DNA from: a virus
Lineage: Duplodnaviria; Caudoviricetes
Virus record (IMG/VR): IMGVR_UViG_3300050159_000048
Strand: one strand, 5' to 3'
DNA length: 64,000 nucleotides
Part shown: positions 18,483 to 28,473 of the stretch, piece by piece
Layout: each line of letters begins with the position of its first letter
Position numbering within the stretch: the first letter of the stretch is position 1
Made by a program: the position numbers and the translations under genes
The notes under the pieces: generated by a model
Database searches by the model: none
What the model was told of the DNA's origin: nothing
Seen by the model: only the letters and a program-made list of their open reading frames with translations

Positions 18483-18703
18483 TGTCCCCCAACCAGATCA
18501 ATAGAGAGCACGGCAAGCCTGTGTGGAAGTGCTGGCACTGCAGGGCAGAGTCGGGGCTGCATTGGTGGAACGGCCTATCAGTGGCGGTGTGTGACAATAA
18601 GGAATGTTCTGATGCATGCACCCAGTTCATCAACGATGAAGCTGAGCGGGAGCAAGCATATCAGGACTATGTTCGTGAAACATACGGGGGAGATTTTGAA
18701 TGA
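18482..18703 (+). CDS. small Cys-rich protein
   Basis: CWHC...CDNKEC; coupled start. Confidence 0.65.
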   Translation: MSPNQINREHGKPVWKCWHCRAESGLHWWNGLSVAVCDNKECSDACTQFINDEAEREQAYQDYVRETYGGDFE

Positions 18704-18960
18704 CCAATACGCTATACGTTTTGCAGCATTCTCCCACGGGTCTGTGGGTTAGCAGCACAGGTTATGCCACGCTTGATCGGTTTGATAAGGTGACGGTGTT
18801 TAAGTCTGAGAAGGCAGCATTGCGTGGCCGTACAGCGTTTCTTAATTTTGTACAACGTGCTAGTCGCTACCACGATAGCAGCACAATGGAAACTCGCACC
18901 GTTGCGGATGCATGTAGTGTTACTCTTAATGTTGTTCCTTTTACGATGAAGGATCTATAA
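18700..18960 (+). CDS. hypothetical protein
   Basis: ATGA coupling. Confidence 0.7.
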   Translation: MTNTLYVLQHSPTGLWVSSTGYATLDRFDKVTVFKSEKAALRGRTAFLNFVQRASRYHDSSTMETRTVADACSVTLNVVPFTMKDL

Positions 18961-19901
18961 TGACCAAGCTATCTGAATGGAAGAAAAAGTACTACCCCGT
19001 TGGTGCTTCCACTATCGCTCGCAAGAAGGGCGTCACCGATCTTGAACTGCTTGATCATAGCATCTTGAAGTGGGAAGGTCTGCAGCAGGCGGCACTGAAG
19101 AATATGGGCGGTCATTTGGCGATGGGCACGACAGGGATTGTGTTTAAGGGCAACCCGTTTACAAATGAGCAGACAGCCATCATGCCGATCTCCAGCAAGA
19201 ACTGTGCTCTTTGCCAGAAGTATGATCCTCCAAGACGGGGCGATAGTTCATGCACCAAGTGCCCATTGGCAATCAGCCGGGGTGGGGTGCAGTGCTTCAG
19301 TCGTGCAGGGTCGGAGATGCGGTCACCGTGGAACAAGTTCAGTAGCGACAACGATCCAGTCCCAATGTTGCGTGCTCTGAAGAAGGCGCGCGCTAAGCTA
19401 ATTGCGAAGCAGAGCGAGCAGGAGGTGCAGGTGATTATCCCCGATACGTCGTGCAGCAAATGTGGACAGCCTTGGGATGAGCATGAGTTCGGTGTACCTG
19501 CTCCGTTCTGTCCTCCCGCCGTCAAGAAGCCTGCACTGGATGTTCACATTGTTACTGCTCCAACGATCACCGTCCGCCTGGATGTGGCAACGGGTAGAGG
19601 GCTGCATGTGATGCTGAATGCTGTGTTGCACAAGGAGATTGAGCGGCAGCCGAACTGTCAGTACATCTTGGTGCACACTACTGCCGATCTTGTAGAGCAA
19701 GGTGCACAAACAATCAAACACCCAACCATTAAACACATGAGCTGGCAGGGAGCAATCAAGGCTCGGCAGGCTACGGCACGGTGGCCCAGTAACACAACGG
19801 TTGTGTTTGTTGGTTGTAAATTGCCCAAGACGCTGATGGACCGAATTGCATACGGTGCCACAGAAATTTGGGTGGTTGGGCGCAATGTCAGCCAAAGTTG
19901 A
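18960..19901 (+). CDS. multi-domain hypothetical protein with Cys clusters
   Basis: CALC, CTKC, CSKC motifs; coupled start. Confidence 0.75.
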   Translation: MTKLSEWKKKYYPVGASTIARKKGVTDLELLDHSILKWEGLQQAALKNMGGHLAMGTTGIVFKGNPFTNEQTAIMPISSKNCALCQKYDPPRRGDSSCTKCPLAISRGGVQCFSRAGSEMRSPWNKFSSDNDPVPMLRALKKARAKLIAKQSEQEVQVIIPDTSCSKCGQPWDEHEFGVPAPFCPPAVKKPALDVHIVTAPTITVRLDVATGRGLHVMLNAVLHKEIERQPNCQYILVHTTADLVEQGAQTIKHPTIKHMSWQGAIKARQATARWPSNTTVVFVGCKLPKTLMDRIAYGATEIWVVGRNVSQS

Positions 19902-19955
19902 TCACCCTCCGGGTTGTCAGCTATACTTCCGATTACATAATAGGATATAAGCATC

Positions 19956-20189
19956 ATGATGCTACGAGAGACTCGCTACTCTGTGATCAAGATCACAGAC
20001 GGATTAGCATACCTAACACACGAGCAGTGCAACAAGTTGGATGAGCTGCTTGGCATCGTTGCGGCCGGAAGGGCGCGGGACGGTAAGCGGCCGCTGAAGT
20101 GTGTCATTGTTGAAGATGACTGGCCTGAATATGAGCAGGTGTGGCAACTGATCGAAGACCGTGTTGAGGGCGGTGTGAACTATGAGTAA
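19956..20189 (+). CDS. hypothetical protein
   Basis: promoter TTGATC..TATACT upstream; ORF track. Confidence 0.7.
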   Translation: MMLRETRYSVIKITDGLAYLTHEQCNKLDELLGIVAAGRARDGKRPLKCVIVEDDWPEYEQVWQLIEDRVEGGVNYE

Positions 20190-20372
20190 TCTGGTCAAGC
20201 TGCACGGCCCAGATGCTGTACACGGACTCAACGTCTCGCTCCCTCGCATTCCTGTTGTTGGCGACAAGATCACTGACCGCTTGGTTACGTACCGAGTGGT
20301 TGAGGTGGATTTCAGGCGCGCAGCGGACGGAATCAACTTCACCACATTTGTTGAGCTGGAGGAGGATCTACC

Positions 20373-20633
20373 ATGACCAATACTTGCCACTACTGCAGCG
20401 TCTCTACGGTTGCCAGGGAGTTGCGGCCCTATGGCCCAAACGGCTCAATGGTCTGTTTTGATTGTGCAATGAGCACTGACCAACGAAGACGTGAAACTGA
20501 GGCTAACCTTAGGACCCAGTTGAACGTAGCTGGGCCAGTGATTATGTTGGATGATAGCGGTGTCGGTCCTTATCCAGCTGAGTTTCATCCGGCCATTGCG
20601 ACTTTGATTGGCTCCAACAAAGACAAGCACTAA
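20373..20633 (+). CDS. zinc-binding hypothetical protein
   Basis: CHYC...LRPYGPNG..VCFDC. Confidence 0.75.
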   Translation: MTNTCHYCSVSTVARELRPYGPNGSMVCFDCAMSTDQRRRETEANLRTQLNVAGPVIMLDDSGVGPYPAEFHPAIATLIGSNKDKH

Positions 20634-20639
20634 ACTAGA

Positions 20640-21020
20640 ATCACGCTGTTACTACATTGCATTATCGGTCTGTGAAATACCAGGCACCTAACGGTACGGG
20701 GAGGTTTGCTAACGGCAAATACACCCTTCTCCAAGCGACTTTGTAGCGCTGCCAGGAGAAAAACGGCTAACGGATAAAGACGTCACAGTCTCCGTTAGCT
20801 GAACCCATATTTGTGACTAACCTTGTGAACAAGGCGGCGGGAACGGGAGACTGCTAGTGACCCGGGTGTACCTAACGTCGTACGATAACTTTGTACCCGG
20901 CTTATCCCCGGGTGAGGCCCTTCATCCCCGATGTAGAACTAATTGCTCTGAGCGGTGAGATACTGTTAAGTAAGGCTCATTGTAGCTGTTGTTTTGGTAA
21001 AGGGTGAACCTGTATAGTGG
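20640..21020 (+). ncRNA. candidate structured ncRNA, family unknown
   Basis: about 400 nt without ORFs; several helices including GCTAACGGA/TCCGTTAGC whose loop GTCACA is complementary to downstream TGTGAC; strand assumed. Confidence 0.45.
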
Positions 21021-21044
21021 TGGCTAATTGGAAGGGAATCTCAG

Positions 21045-21425
21045 ATGCGAAAAGATGAACTGATTAGGCAATTGCAGCAAATTGAAGGAAATCCTGAAAT
21101 TGTGTTGTGGAACGGCCACGTTGGTGATTACATGCATATTGGCAAGCTGGCGGACGGGGACCTCGTAAAGACGACTGTTGCTCATTACCTCGAGATGTGC
21201 CAAGTGCAAGATCAGGTGGACCGCCAGGATTGGTCTTACAAAATGCCAGCCGATGAGGCTGAGCAGTTGAAGAAACGCCATAGGAAATTCCCTTGGGAGA
21301 TCAACTCGTTTGTTTCGCTTGAAGATATTCAAGCAGGTCGCTATAAAAAGAAGCGCGTCGTTTATATCGAGCCGAAGAAGCGCGGAGAGACGCATTACGA
21401 CCGACTTGGTTCGGTGGAGTACTAA
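21045..21425 (+). CDS. hypothetical protein
   Basis: ORF track. Confidence 0.8.
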   Translation: MRKDELIRQLQQIEGNPEIVLWNGHVGDYMHIGKLADGDLVKTTVAHYLEMCQVQDQVDRQDWSYKMPADEAEQLKKRHRKFPWEINSFVSLEDIQAGRYKKKRVVYIEPKKRGETHYDRLGSVEY

Positions 21426-21426
21426 A

Positions 21427-21738
21427 ATGATCACTATTACTGTGGATAATGTGCGAGGACTAGCAGTGCCGGAAGGGCTGATTGAGGCCACAGTTGAGCA
21501 CCTCATCACCTGCCTCTGCAACAACATTCCTATCGCTGCAATCGGTCAGGTTGAGTTGATTGACGGAATCCGCCTTGCCGTCCGTAGGGGTGTACTATCT
21601 GATGTCCAGTTCAGTTTCAACGGAACCATTTACCCGATTGAGTCAACTGGGAAACTCAAGGTTTGGCCAGCTGGCTTCCCTGGGGATGTGATGAATCGTC
21701 AATTAATCGGCTTACTGTCAACTCATGAACGCAAATGA
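21427..21738 (+). CDS. hypothetical protein
   Basis: GGAG SD. Confidence 0.7.
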   Translation: MITITVDNVRGLAVPEGLIEATVEHLITCLCNNIPIAAIGQVELIDGIRLAVRRGVLSDVQFSFNGTIYPIESTGKLKVWPAGFPGDVMNRQLIGLLSTHERK

Positions 21739-22000
21739 TGTTTATCAGACGGTGAGGGATGTAATTGCTCTCGCTCGAGAGAATAGACTCGACCTACGCA
21801 ATGACAACCGCGCAATTATACAAACTGAAGAAGACATCGCTCGAGCAGTCACAATTCTTCGCAGTTCGTATGCTTTCAAAGACCGTGTGCCAGGATGGTA
21901 TCAATTCCGTGACCGTGTAGTCAAGACGTGGCCGAAAGATGCTCGCAACATGAAGCGAGAGATGCACGGTCTGCTAACAGCAAAACGAGGAGAGTGGTAA
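21725..22000 (+). CDS. hypothetical protein
   Basis: operon context. Confidence 0.65.
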   Translation: MNANDVYQTVRDVIALARENRLDLRNDNRAIIQTEEDIARAVTILRSSYAFKDRVPGWYQFRDRVVKTWPKDARNMKREMHGLLTAKRGEW

Positions 22001-22344
22001 TGAAATTTAACATCCCGTCGGTTGGATACAAGTTCCTGGTTAAGCAGGACTGGGCAATTGCCCTGTACGATGAATACCGCAATAGTGTAGCCCACAAGTG
22101 GCTTGGTGTTAAACCATTGGTGGGTTCAAACGGCTACCGTATTATCAATTCGTCGGTTCCGGTTGTGATTCCGGAAGGCACTCTGCTCAGCGTGGACAGA
22201 ATTTATATCCGCAAAGGCAAGGATGATTACGATAGCATCACATTTCGTGTGCTCGGCGTCAAAGGCTACGGAGTGGTACGGTTTTGGGTCAAGCTAGATG
22301 AGTTGAACAATCTTGAATATACACCGTGGGAGGAACAAGAATGA
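22000..22344 (+). CDS. hypothetical protein
   Basis: TAATG coupling, GGAG SD. Confidence 0.75.
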   Translation: MKFNIPSVGYKFLVKQDWAIALYDEYRNSVAHKWLGVKPLVGSNGYRIINSSVPVVIPEGTLLSVDRIYIRKGKDDYDSITFRVLGVKGYGVVRFWVKLDELNNLEYTPWEEQE

Positions 22345-22716
22345 AGTGGTTTAATACATCAATCATCAGCCTAAATGCATTGGGTTGGGTGGTGTTCACG
22401 CCTGTTCCGCTGATTATCGCTGTGGTGATTGGTTTGATTGCAGCCGGAATTGCTGCAGTGGGACTCGAATTGTACAACAACGCGGTTGAGGCGTACTACA
22501 AATGGTGAAACTTATTTCGGCACTAGGCTCGGTGGTCACAATTGCCTTTTGGGGTTGGGTGATCTACGCCAGCACAACAGAACCTCCCGTTCAGCAACTA
22601 CCACAGCGTTGTCACACTATCATTAACATGATTGACAACAGTTTGCTGAAGTCGCTGCTGTGCGTCAAAGACGATACGTCCGAAGACAAATAACTTAACC
22701 ACAAGGAAAAAGCAAA

Positions 22717-23268
22717 ATGACACCAATGTTCGAAATCGTCGCCGCCGCTGTTGTGCTCTTCGGTGCAGGATATTACGTGAGTAATCGGAGGAGCCGTAAG
22801 CGTGAGGCGCTACTAGAGAAGCAACGTCAAGAGGCTCACTGACGTCGTCAGCAGGAGATTGACGATGAGCAGAGGCGTGCTGCGCGACGCGCAGAGATCG
22901 CTCGTCAAATACGGCGTGACTCAACCATCTCAACTACAACTGCCCCGGTCGCCCAACGATCAAACCCAGTCAGTCGTAGCTCAAGCGTCTCCAAGTCTCA
23001 CTCATACGAGCGGCGTTCATCTACAATGAATGACGGGGATGATACTGCTACTGGTATTGTCTGGGCAGGTAGTAGCATTGCACAGATGAGCGACGACACT
23101 CCGTCTCGCAGCAGCTCAGATTGTAGCCACTCTTCATACTCGTCGCATTCATCACACGACTCGTCGTACTCATCGTCCTGCGATAGTTCATCATCGTACT
23201 CATCGTCATCCGACTATAGGAAAAGGGCCATTTGTGGCCCTTTTCCTATTGCTGTTGCTGATCTTTAG
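22717..23268 (+). pseudogene. membrane-anchored Ser-rich-tail protein interrupted by in-frame TGA at 22840
   Basis: ATG 22717 with TM helix, TGA after codon 41, same frame continues into ORF 23026-23268. Confidence 0.55.
23217..23250 (+). terminator. intrinsic terminator
   Basis: TAGGAAAAGGGCC/GGCCCTTTTCCTA hairpin. Confidence 0.75.
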
Positions 23269-23319
23269 GGTTATAGCTATAGTGAGCTTCATGTTAAACC
23301 TTCACACGGAGTAATCACC

Positions 23320-23793
23320 ATGAAGACCGTTCTGACCCTAATCGCCGCTGCCGCTGTTCTCACCGCTTGTGGTCCGTCGCCGCAGCCTGTGTATCAACAG
23401 CCGCCACAAGTTGTTTACCAACAACCCGCTCCTGTTCCGATGCAATATCCGCAGCAAGCTCCGGTTGTGGTTCATGATGGTGTTGGCACCGGTGCAGCTC
23501 TGGCGGGCGCGGCCGCTGCAGGTGCTCTCGGCTACATGGCTGGGAAGAACAACACCCAACAGCCCGTTGCCCCGACTGTGATCAAGGAAAAGACCGTGAT
23601 CATCAAGGAGGTCCCCGCCAAGCAGGTTGCCGCTCCTGTTGCCGCTCCTGTTGCCGCTCCTGTTGCCGCTCCTGTTGCCAAGCCGACCCCCGCCCCCGCC
23701 CCTGTGGTGCAACCCGCCAAGGTCGTCGCTCCGAAGCCCGTGGCTGCTCCCAAGCCCACCCCTGCTCCGATCTCGCTGAGCAAGAAGAAGTAA
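23320..23793 (+). CDS. Pro/Ala-rich lipoprotein
   Basis: lipobox LTAC, glycine-zipper GAALAGAAAAGALG, VAAP repeats. Confidence 0.85.
   Translation: MKTVLTLIAAAAVLTACGPSPQPVYQQPPQVVYQQPAPVPMQYPQQAPVVVHDGVGTGAALAGAAAAGALGYMAGKNNTQQPVAPTVIKEKTVIIKEVPAKQVAAPVAAPVAAPVAAPVAKPTPAPAPVVQPAKVVAPKPVAAPKPTPAPISLSKKK
23626..23679 (+). repeat. 12-bp tandem repeat GTTGCCGCTCCT x4.5 (coding, VAAP)
   Basis: read directly from the sequence. Confidence 0.95.
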
Positions 23794-24464
23794 GCATGCT
23801 GTACTGGCCATTAATGGCTGTGCGAGCGGTTGTGATAGCGCCGCTCGCTCTACTGCTTGATGCTGTACCTCCGGGCAAACTCCGCACTCAAATTGCCAGA
23901 GCGGCAATGTGGGCGTTCACAACGTTGCCAGAGCCGGCGAATTACAGAAAGAGACCACCGAAATGAACTTCCAGCGTGAAATCATCAAGCACCTCATGAC
24001 TCTGGAAACAGAGGAGCAGAGGCAGCAGGCGATTGCGGAACTATCGCCTGAGCACAGGTTGATGCTCGTTCATCAACTACTCGATGATGTTTCAACCATG
24101 ATTCAAGCGGTTGTTGAAAATGCTGATCAAATATGGGAAACTAAGCAGTTCCCCAAGGAAATTATGCCGTACAGCGATCCCTGCCCCAACTGCGGCAAGG
24201 AAAAGGTGCTGACGGATAGCGGATATGGACTGCATTGTCCAAGCTGCTCCAACTGGAAGTAACCAAAGGAATAGAAAATGCTTGTTACCATATACCTAGT
24301 CATTGCTGCGCTCGCCGGATTGTTTGTTTCTCTGGTGTTTGGAGACCTAATTCATCGCGACCGCAATCATATGCTCTACAGTGGGGTTGCTGTAGTGGCT
24401 TGTTTGTTTTGGCCCATCAGTATTGTTGTGGTCATAGCAATTTTCCGAAGGCTCCGGTTCTGAT

Positions 24465-24920
24465 ATGAGCAACTACAAACAAGCTGTGTGCATTGCCCTC
24501 CCACTCGGCCTCAGTTGGGAGACTGTGGTTGCTGTCAGCCGCCGTAATGACCCAACGCGGTGGGGTTTGCCTGGTGGCAAAGTGGATCCTGGTGAAACCC
24601 TTGAGCAAGCCATCCGACGTGAGACAAAAGAAGAGCTGGGCATTGACCTGCCTGACACAGCTCTTGTCCCCATTCATGTGGGATATGATGGTGACTTTGA
24701 AGTCACCACTTACATGGTGGAAGATCGCCGATATGCTGTAAACGCGGCGTCGATTAGTCCCGAGGAGGGACTAACTGTAACAGCCATGACACAGAGTCAG
24801 CTATGCAATCCCCACAATACTCCGTGGCCAGAATACAACACTGGGGTAATGCACGGCGTTCGTAATCTTCGTTGCCGTCTACCAATCAATGACATCATCA
24901 CAACAGCCCCCACTGAATAA
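24465..24920 (+). CDS. NUDIX hydrolase
   Basis: Nudix box [23 protein letters not shown]. Confidence 0.95.
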   Translation: MSNYKQAVCIALPLGLSWETVVAVSRRNDPTRWGLPGGKVDPGETLEQAIRRETKEELGIDLPDTALVPIHVGYDGDFEVTTYMVEDRRYAVNAASISPEEGLTVTAMTQSQLCNPHNTPWPEYNTGVMHGVRNLRCRLPINDIITTAPTE

Positions 24921-24921
24921 A

Positions 24922-25398
24922 ATGACGCAGTTGTATGACATCACACACAGTATTGCAGATAATGATGCTAAAGGCACCAATGGGATTGGCACAATTCATC
25001 GCATTACTGTAAAAGGTAATGACGTAGACGAAAAATTGGAATACGGCATCGTTGAACTGATCAACAAGTTAGTTGACCCACAACAGTTCATCCAGCAATA
25101 CGTTGATCACAACAAGGCCATGGCTGTTGAACGAGCTGCTTTCGACGAAAAGATCAAAGCTGCAGCTAAACATGCTGACTTGGAAGCTCGCAGGCAACAC
25201 AATGCAATTCCGGCGGAATTTGCCGCTATCATTGATCAGATTATTGCCGCCAACGGTAAGGCTGTCGCTGAGTGGAAGTCTGGTAAAGAAAAAGCAATCA
25301 ACGCGATTGTTGGCCAAGTGATCGGAGCGGGTCGTAAAAACCAGCTCCACGCTGATCCAATGATAATTCAAGAGGCTGTTATAAAATGCATTGGATGA
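24922..25398 (+). CDS. protein with GatB/YqeY C-terminal domain
   Basis: IIDQIIAANGKAVAEWKSGKEKAINAIVGQV is typical of the GatB tail. Confidence 0.75.
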   Translation: MTQLYDITHSIADNDAKGTNGIGTIHRITVKGNDVDEKLEYGIVELINKLVDPQQFIQQYVDHNKAMAVERAAFDEKIKAAAKHADLEARRQHNAIPAEFAAIIDQIIAANGKAVAEWKSGKEKAINAIVGQVIGAGRKNQLHADPMIIQEAVIKCIG

Positions 25399-26198
25399 TT
25401 CAAGAAAATTTATTCAAAGAATCGGAGTGGGAGACGTTGGTCTCCACCCTTGACCGGTTCGCCATCCCGTACACCGTCGTCAAAGTTGTTCCGTTTGTTG
25501 GTGAAATCGTCCCCGAACCACCCGCAGACCTCAAGAATGTAATCTGCTTTGGCTCATACTCGATGCGGCATGCAGCCAAGAAATACGGCTGGACGCCGGG
25601 TGTATATGACCTCGAACCGTTTGACTTCACAAAGCAACTGGAGCGCTGGGGCGATCGCATGCTAAATGCGGACGCTCAAGTTGTACGCTTTGAAGATGTT
25701 GTGTTTGATGACATTGCATTCCTACGGCCAATTCTGGATAGTAAATCATTCGCGGGTAAAGTGTTTACGTGGGAAGAATTCTCTGATTGGCAACACAAAG
25801 TATGTGAGTTGGAGCACGACTACGGCAACAGCTTGACCAAAGATACTCTGGTCCAAGTGTGTCATCCAAAAGTGATATACTCGGAGTATCGGTTCTGGAT
25901 TGTTGATCGGCAAATTGTAACATATAGCCGGTACAAACGTGGTGATAAGATTTGGTATGACAGCCATGCAGATGAGCACGTCATTCGGTTCGCTCATGAA
26001 TGTATTCTGAATGGTGATCTTACCCTTGGCGCGCGGACTGTGACCAAGCAGCCTCATGATGCGTATGTTCTCGATGTATGTGAAACGCCCGATGGCATGA
26101 AGATTGTTGAAGTCAACACAATTAACTGTGCTGGATTTTATGCTGGAAATATGCCAGCTTTGATCCTAGCTCTTGAAGATATGGAGAACGCTAAATGA
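25386..26198 (+). CDS. ATP-grasp domain protein (DUF4343/R2K-like)
   Basis: FLRP..DSKSFAGKV, SEYRFWIVD, YVLDVC...IVEVN.IN.AGFY. Confidence 0.8.
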   Translation: MHWMIQENLFKESEWETLVSTLDRFAIPYTVVKVVPFVGEIVPEPPADLKNVICFGSYSMRHAAKKYGWTPGVYDLEPFDFTKQLERWGDRMLNADAQVVRFEDVVFDDIAFLRPILDSKSFAGKVFTWEEFSDWQHKVCELEHDYGNSLTKDTLVQVCHPKVIYSEYRFWIVDRQIVTYSRYKRGDKIWYDSHADEHVIRFAHECILNGDLTLGARTVTKQPHDAYVLDVCETPDGMKIVEVNTINCAGFYAGNMPALILALEDMENAK

Positions 26199-26447
26199 TT
26201 GAAGGTATCTTGACGCTCGTTGTGTTTGCGGTACTTGGTTTTGTGGTTGGGGCTGTTGTCGCATTTACCTACTTCAAATCACGCGTGGAGCGAATGGCAA
26301 CCAACGCCGCCGTAGCCGCTACCAATCATGTGAAAAACAAGGTTGTGGATCACGCGAAGAGTAAAGCATACGACGCATTGCGCACTCGATTCAAGAGAGG
26401 TAGTGGGTCCAACCCAGCTAAATAAGGCACTAACAAAAAGGATCCTT

Positions 26448-26990
26448 ATGAAGCTCCACATGATATTCGAAATGGCTAAACCAGCCGCGACCTGCCCAAA
26501 GTGTGGCCGTGGCCCCATGTCCAAGACTCACTACTGGTACAAAGGCGCGTGGAAGTGCAAAGCCGCAGGTGATCAACCTACTGAGCCTGTGAGCCAAGCA
26601 GCTGCCCCAAAGCCAGCAGCAGTGGCACCTCCGCCGTCAAACGCCGCAATCTTAGCCGACGTCAAACAAATGCTCCCGCGGCAAAATGAGGATTCGCCAC
26701 TATATTGGCAAGCGACAGAATGGAATGGTACGATCACTGTGAGGTACGAATACACCTTTCGGCGCAGTACCGCTCTAGGTGCGTACATGGACAATCGTCG
26801 CATGTTCGATCAAGCTAATGCAACTCTACGCCAAATTGCTGCGAAATATCCCGATATTGTGCAATCACAACGGTACGTTGATCGCGATAGTATTAACCGT
26901 GATATGGAGCGAGCTGAGTCAAATGGTGACAGTCCATACTCCGAGCATGAACAATCAATTGGTGGCAGCGTCACGCTGAAAGCCGCCTAA
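26448..26990 (+). CDS. late protein with zinc knuckle and CTS-like N-terminus
   Basis: TAAATA at 26419; MKLHMIFE; CPKC..H..C. Confidence 0.7.
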   Translation: MKLHMIFEMAKPAATCPKCGRGPMSKTHYWYKGAWKCKAAGDQPTEPVSQAAAPKPAAVAPPPSNAAILADVKQMLPRQNEDSPLYWQATEWNGTITVRYEYTFRRSTALGAYMDNRRMFDQANATLRQIAAKYPDIVQSQRYVDRDSINRDMERAESNGDSPYSEHEQSIGGSVTLKAA

Positions 26991-27011
26991 ATGATTACCA
27001 GGTAATTTCTC

Positions 27012-27043
27012 AAAGGGGCGCGGTAGTCGCCCCTTTTCTTTTT
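27012..27043 (+). terminator. intrinsic terminator
   Basis: AAAGGGGCG/CGCCCCTTT followed by a T-tract. Confidence 0.85.
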
Positions 27044-27101
27044 GTGAAGTTTGAGGTTACGAGCTGCGGCAGTATGCTGCTAGCTCGTCGTTGGAGAATA
27101 C

Positions 27102-27365
27102 ATGAAAGATAACTTTATTAGGAATAACTTGGAATACTTGTTGGGCGCCCTGTTAATAGCCCTGGCTATTTCAATTGGAGCTGTCGCATATTGGCATGAT
27201 GAGCAGCTCCAGGAAGATCATCGAAAATTCGTTGACGATGTTTCGGGATTGTTGGAAAGTATCCGAACAGCTTCAGAATTTTGTGAAGCTCATAACTCAT
27301 ATTTGGCCATCAGCGCAAACATGGTTGATGGTAAGTCTCAAGTTGAAGTGGAGTGCAGAAAATGA
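27102..27365 (+). CDS. membrane-anchored protein
   Basis: N-terminal TM helix; GGAG SD. Confidence 0.7.
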   Translation: MKDNFIRNNLEYLLGALLIALAISIGAVAYWHDEQLQEDHRKFVDDVSGLLESIRTASEFCEAHNSYLAISANMVDGKSQVEVECRK

Positions 27366-27772
27366 TCGTAGCACCAAAGTCGCCAAGCTTTCAAGATAGG
27401 CTGGTTGCTGAGCGAGGCAATGCTGTGCAACGTCAAGCTTTCATTGACGCGCAGAACCGATTCAAGCGGTGTGGTAAGGCTGCCAGACTGCTTGATGACG
27501 CGGACAAACCTGACGACACCGTTACCTACGTTTTTGTTGTCATGGAAACGCCAACACAACCTGGCCCCGATTGGTATGGTCAAGCTGTAACCGCTCAGCG
27601 CCACCATATTCTAGATTGGGACCAACTAATGGATAATGTGTGGGCTGATATCAACAGCTACAAGGAGCAAGACCTGAAGCCGGTTGAATATGTGCTGTAT
27701 CTGTACGATATTAATGAGGATCTTTACACCCCGAGTTGTGTCTCATACACAGCTGTGTGTCGAGTTAAATAA
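27362..27772 (+). CDS. hypothetical protein
   Basis: operon coupling. Confidence 0.7.
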   Translation: MIVAPKSPSFQDRLVAERGNAVQRQAFIDAQNRFKRCGKAARLLDDADKPDDTVTYVFVVMETPTQPGPDWYGQAVTAQRHHILDWDQLMDNVWADINSYKEQDLKPVEYVLYLYDINEDLYTPSCVSYTAVCRVK

Positions 27773-27774
27773 TC

Positions 27775-28215
27775 ATGGGAAACTACACTAACGTGCCAAT
27801 TCTCGCGGCCACAATGGCCACCTCACTGAATAATCGTCGAAGTGGTTTTCGGTACGTGAGTCCAAGTCACGATGACTTCAGAAGCTTGTGGATCCTTGCC
27901 CTCATTCTGGCAGCATTCTTTTGTGTCATCTTTGCAGAATCTGTGACCGCAGTAGATACCAAAACTGTCATCAGTGTCAAGGTGGTCTCAGCGGTTCACA
28001 TCAAACCTTCCAAAAGCAGTCAGCGATACGTGCAAATGACGCTGATGGATGCCAAGGGAAACCAGTGGGATAGTTCTGACACTATCAGGGTTGAATCTTG
28101 CCCAGCAGTCCGGTATAACGTTGTGAAGCCGGTTTGGCTTCATGCTCACACAGGATTCCTTGGCACTTCTCACCGCACCAGCGGTATGATCACTTTTTGT
28201 GAAGGCTCAAAATGA
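27775..28215 (+). CDS. membrane-anchored protein
   Basis: one TM segment. Confidence 0.65.
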   Translation: MGNYTNVPILAATMATSLNNRRSGFRYVSPSHDDFRSLWILALILAAFFCVIFAESVTAVDTKTVISVKVVSAVHIKPSKSSQRYVQMTLMDAKGNQWDSSDTIRVESCPAVRYNVVKPVWLHAHTGFLGTSHRTSGMITFCEGSK

Positions 28216-28473
28216 CTCTGATCTACGCTTTGATTGGTATTGTCTTGTATGTCTTGGTTGGATATACAATATTTGTTAACATTTCAGCCAAGAGCCGCCA
28301 CTCAACAGACGTTTGGATGTCGGCTCTCTGGCCAGTTACTGTATGTGTTTTGATCGCGTTCGTGTTGTGCATTACAACATCTGACGGCGATGACTCATAC
28401 GAGGATTACTGACCTGTTGATCCGCTGATCGTTTGCGGATAAGCTTCACTCAAGCTAATCAACGGAGCTCATC

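Noticed and set aside
20890-20910. CCCGGCTTAT resembling the RNase P RNA 3' P4 strand
   Set aside because: No GAGGAAAGTCC 5' P4 partner; the segment pairs locally with CCGGGTGTAC instead.
22840-22870. Selenocysteine insertion at TGA 22840
   Set aside because: The position is in a charged helix with no catalytic context and the hairpin lacks clear SECIS features; kept only as a readthrough or pseudogene question.
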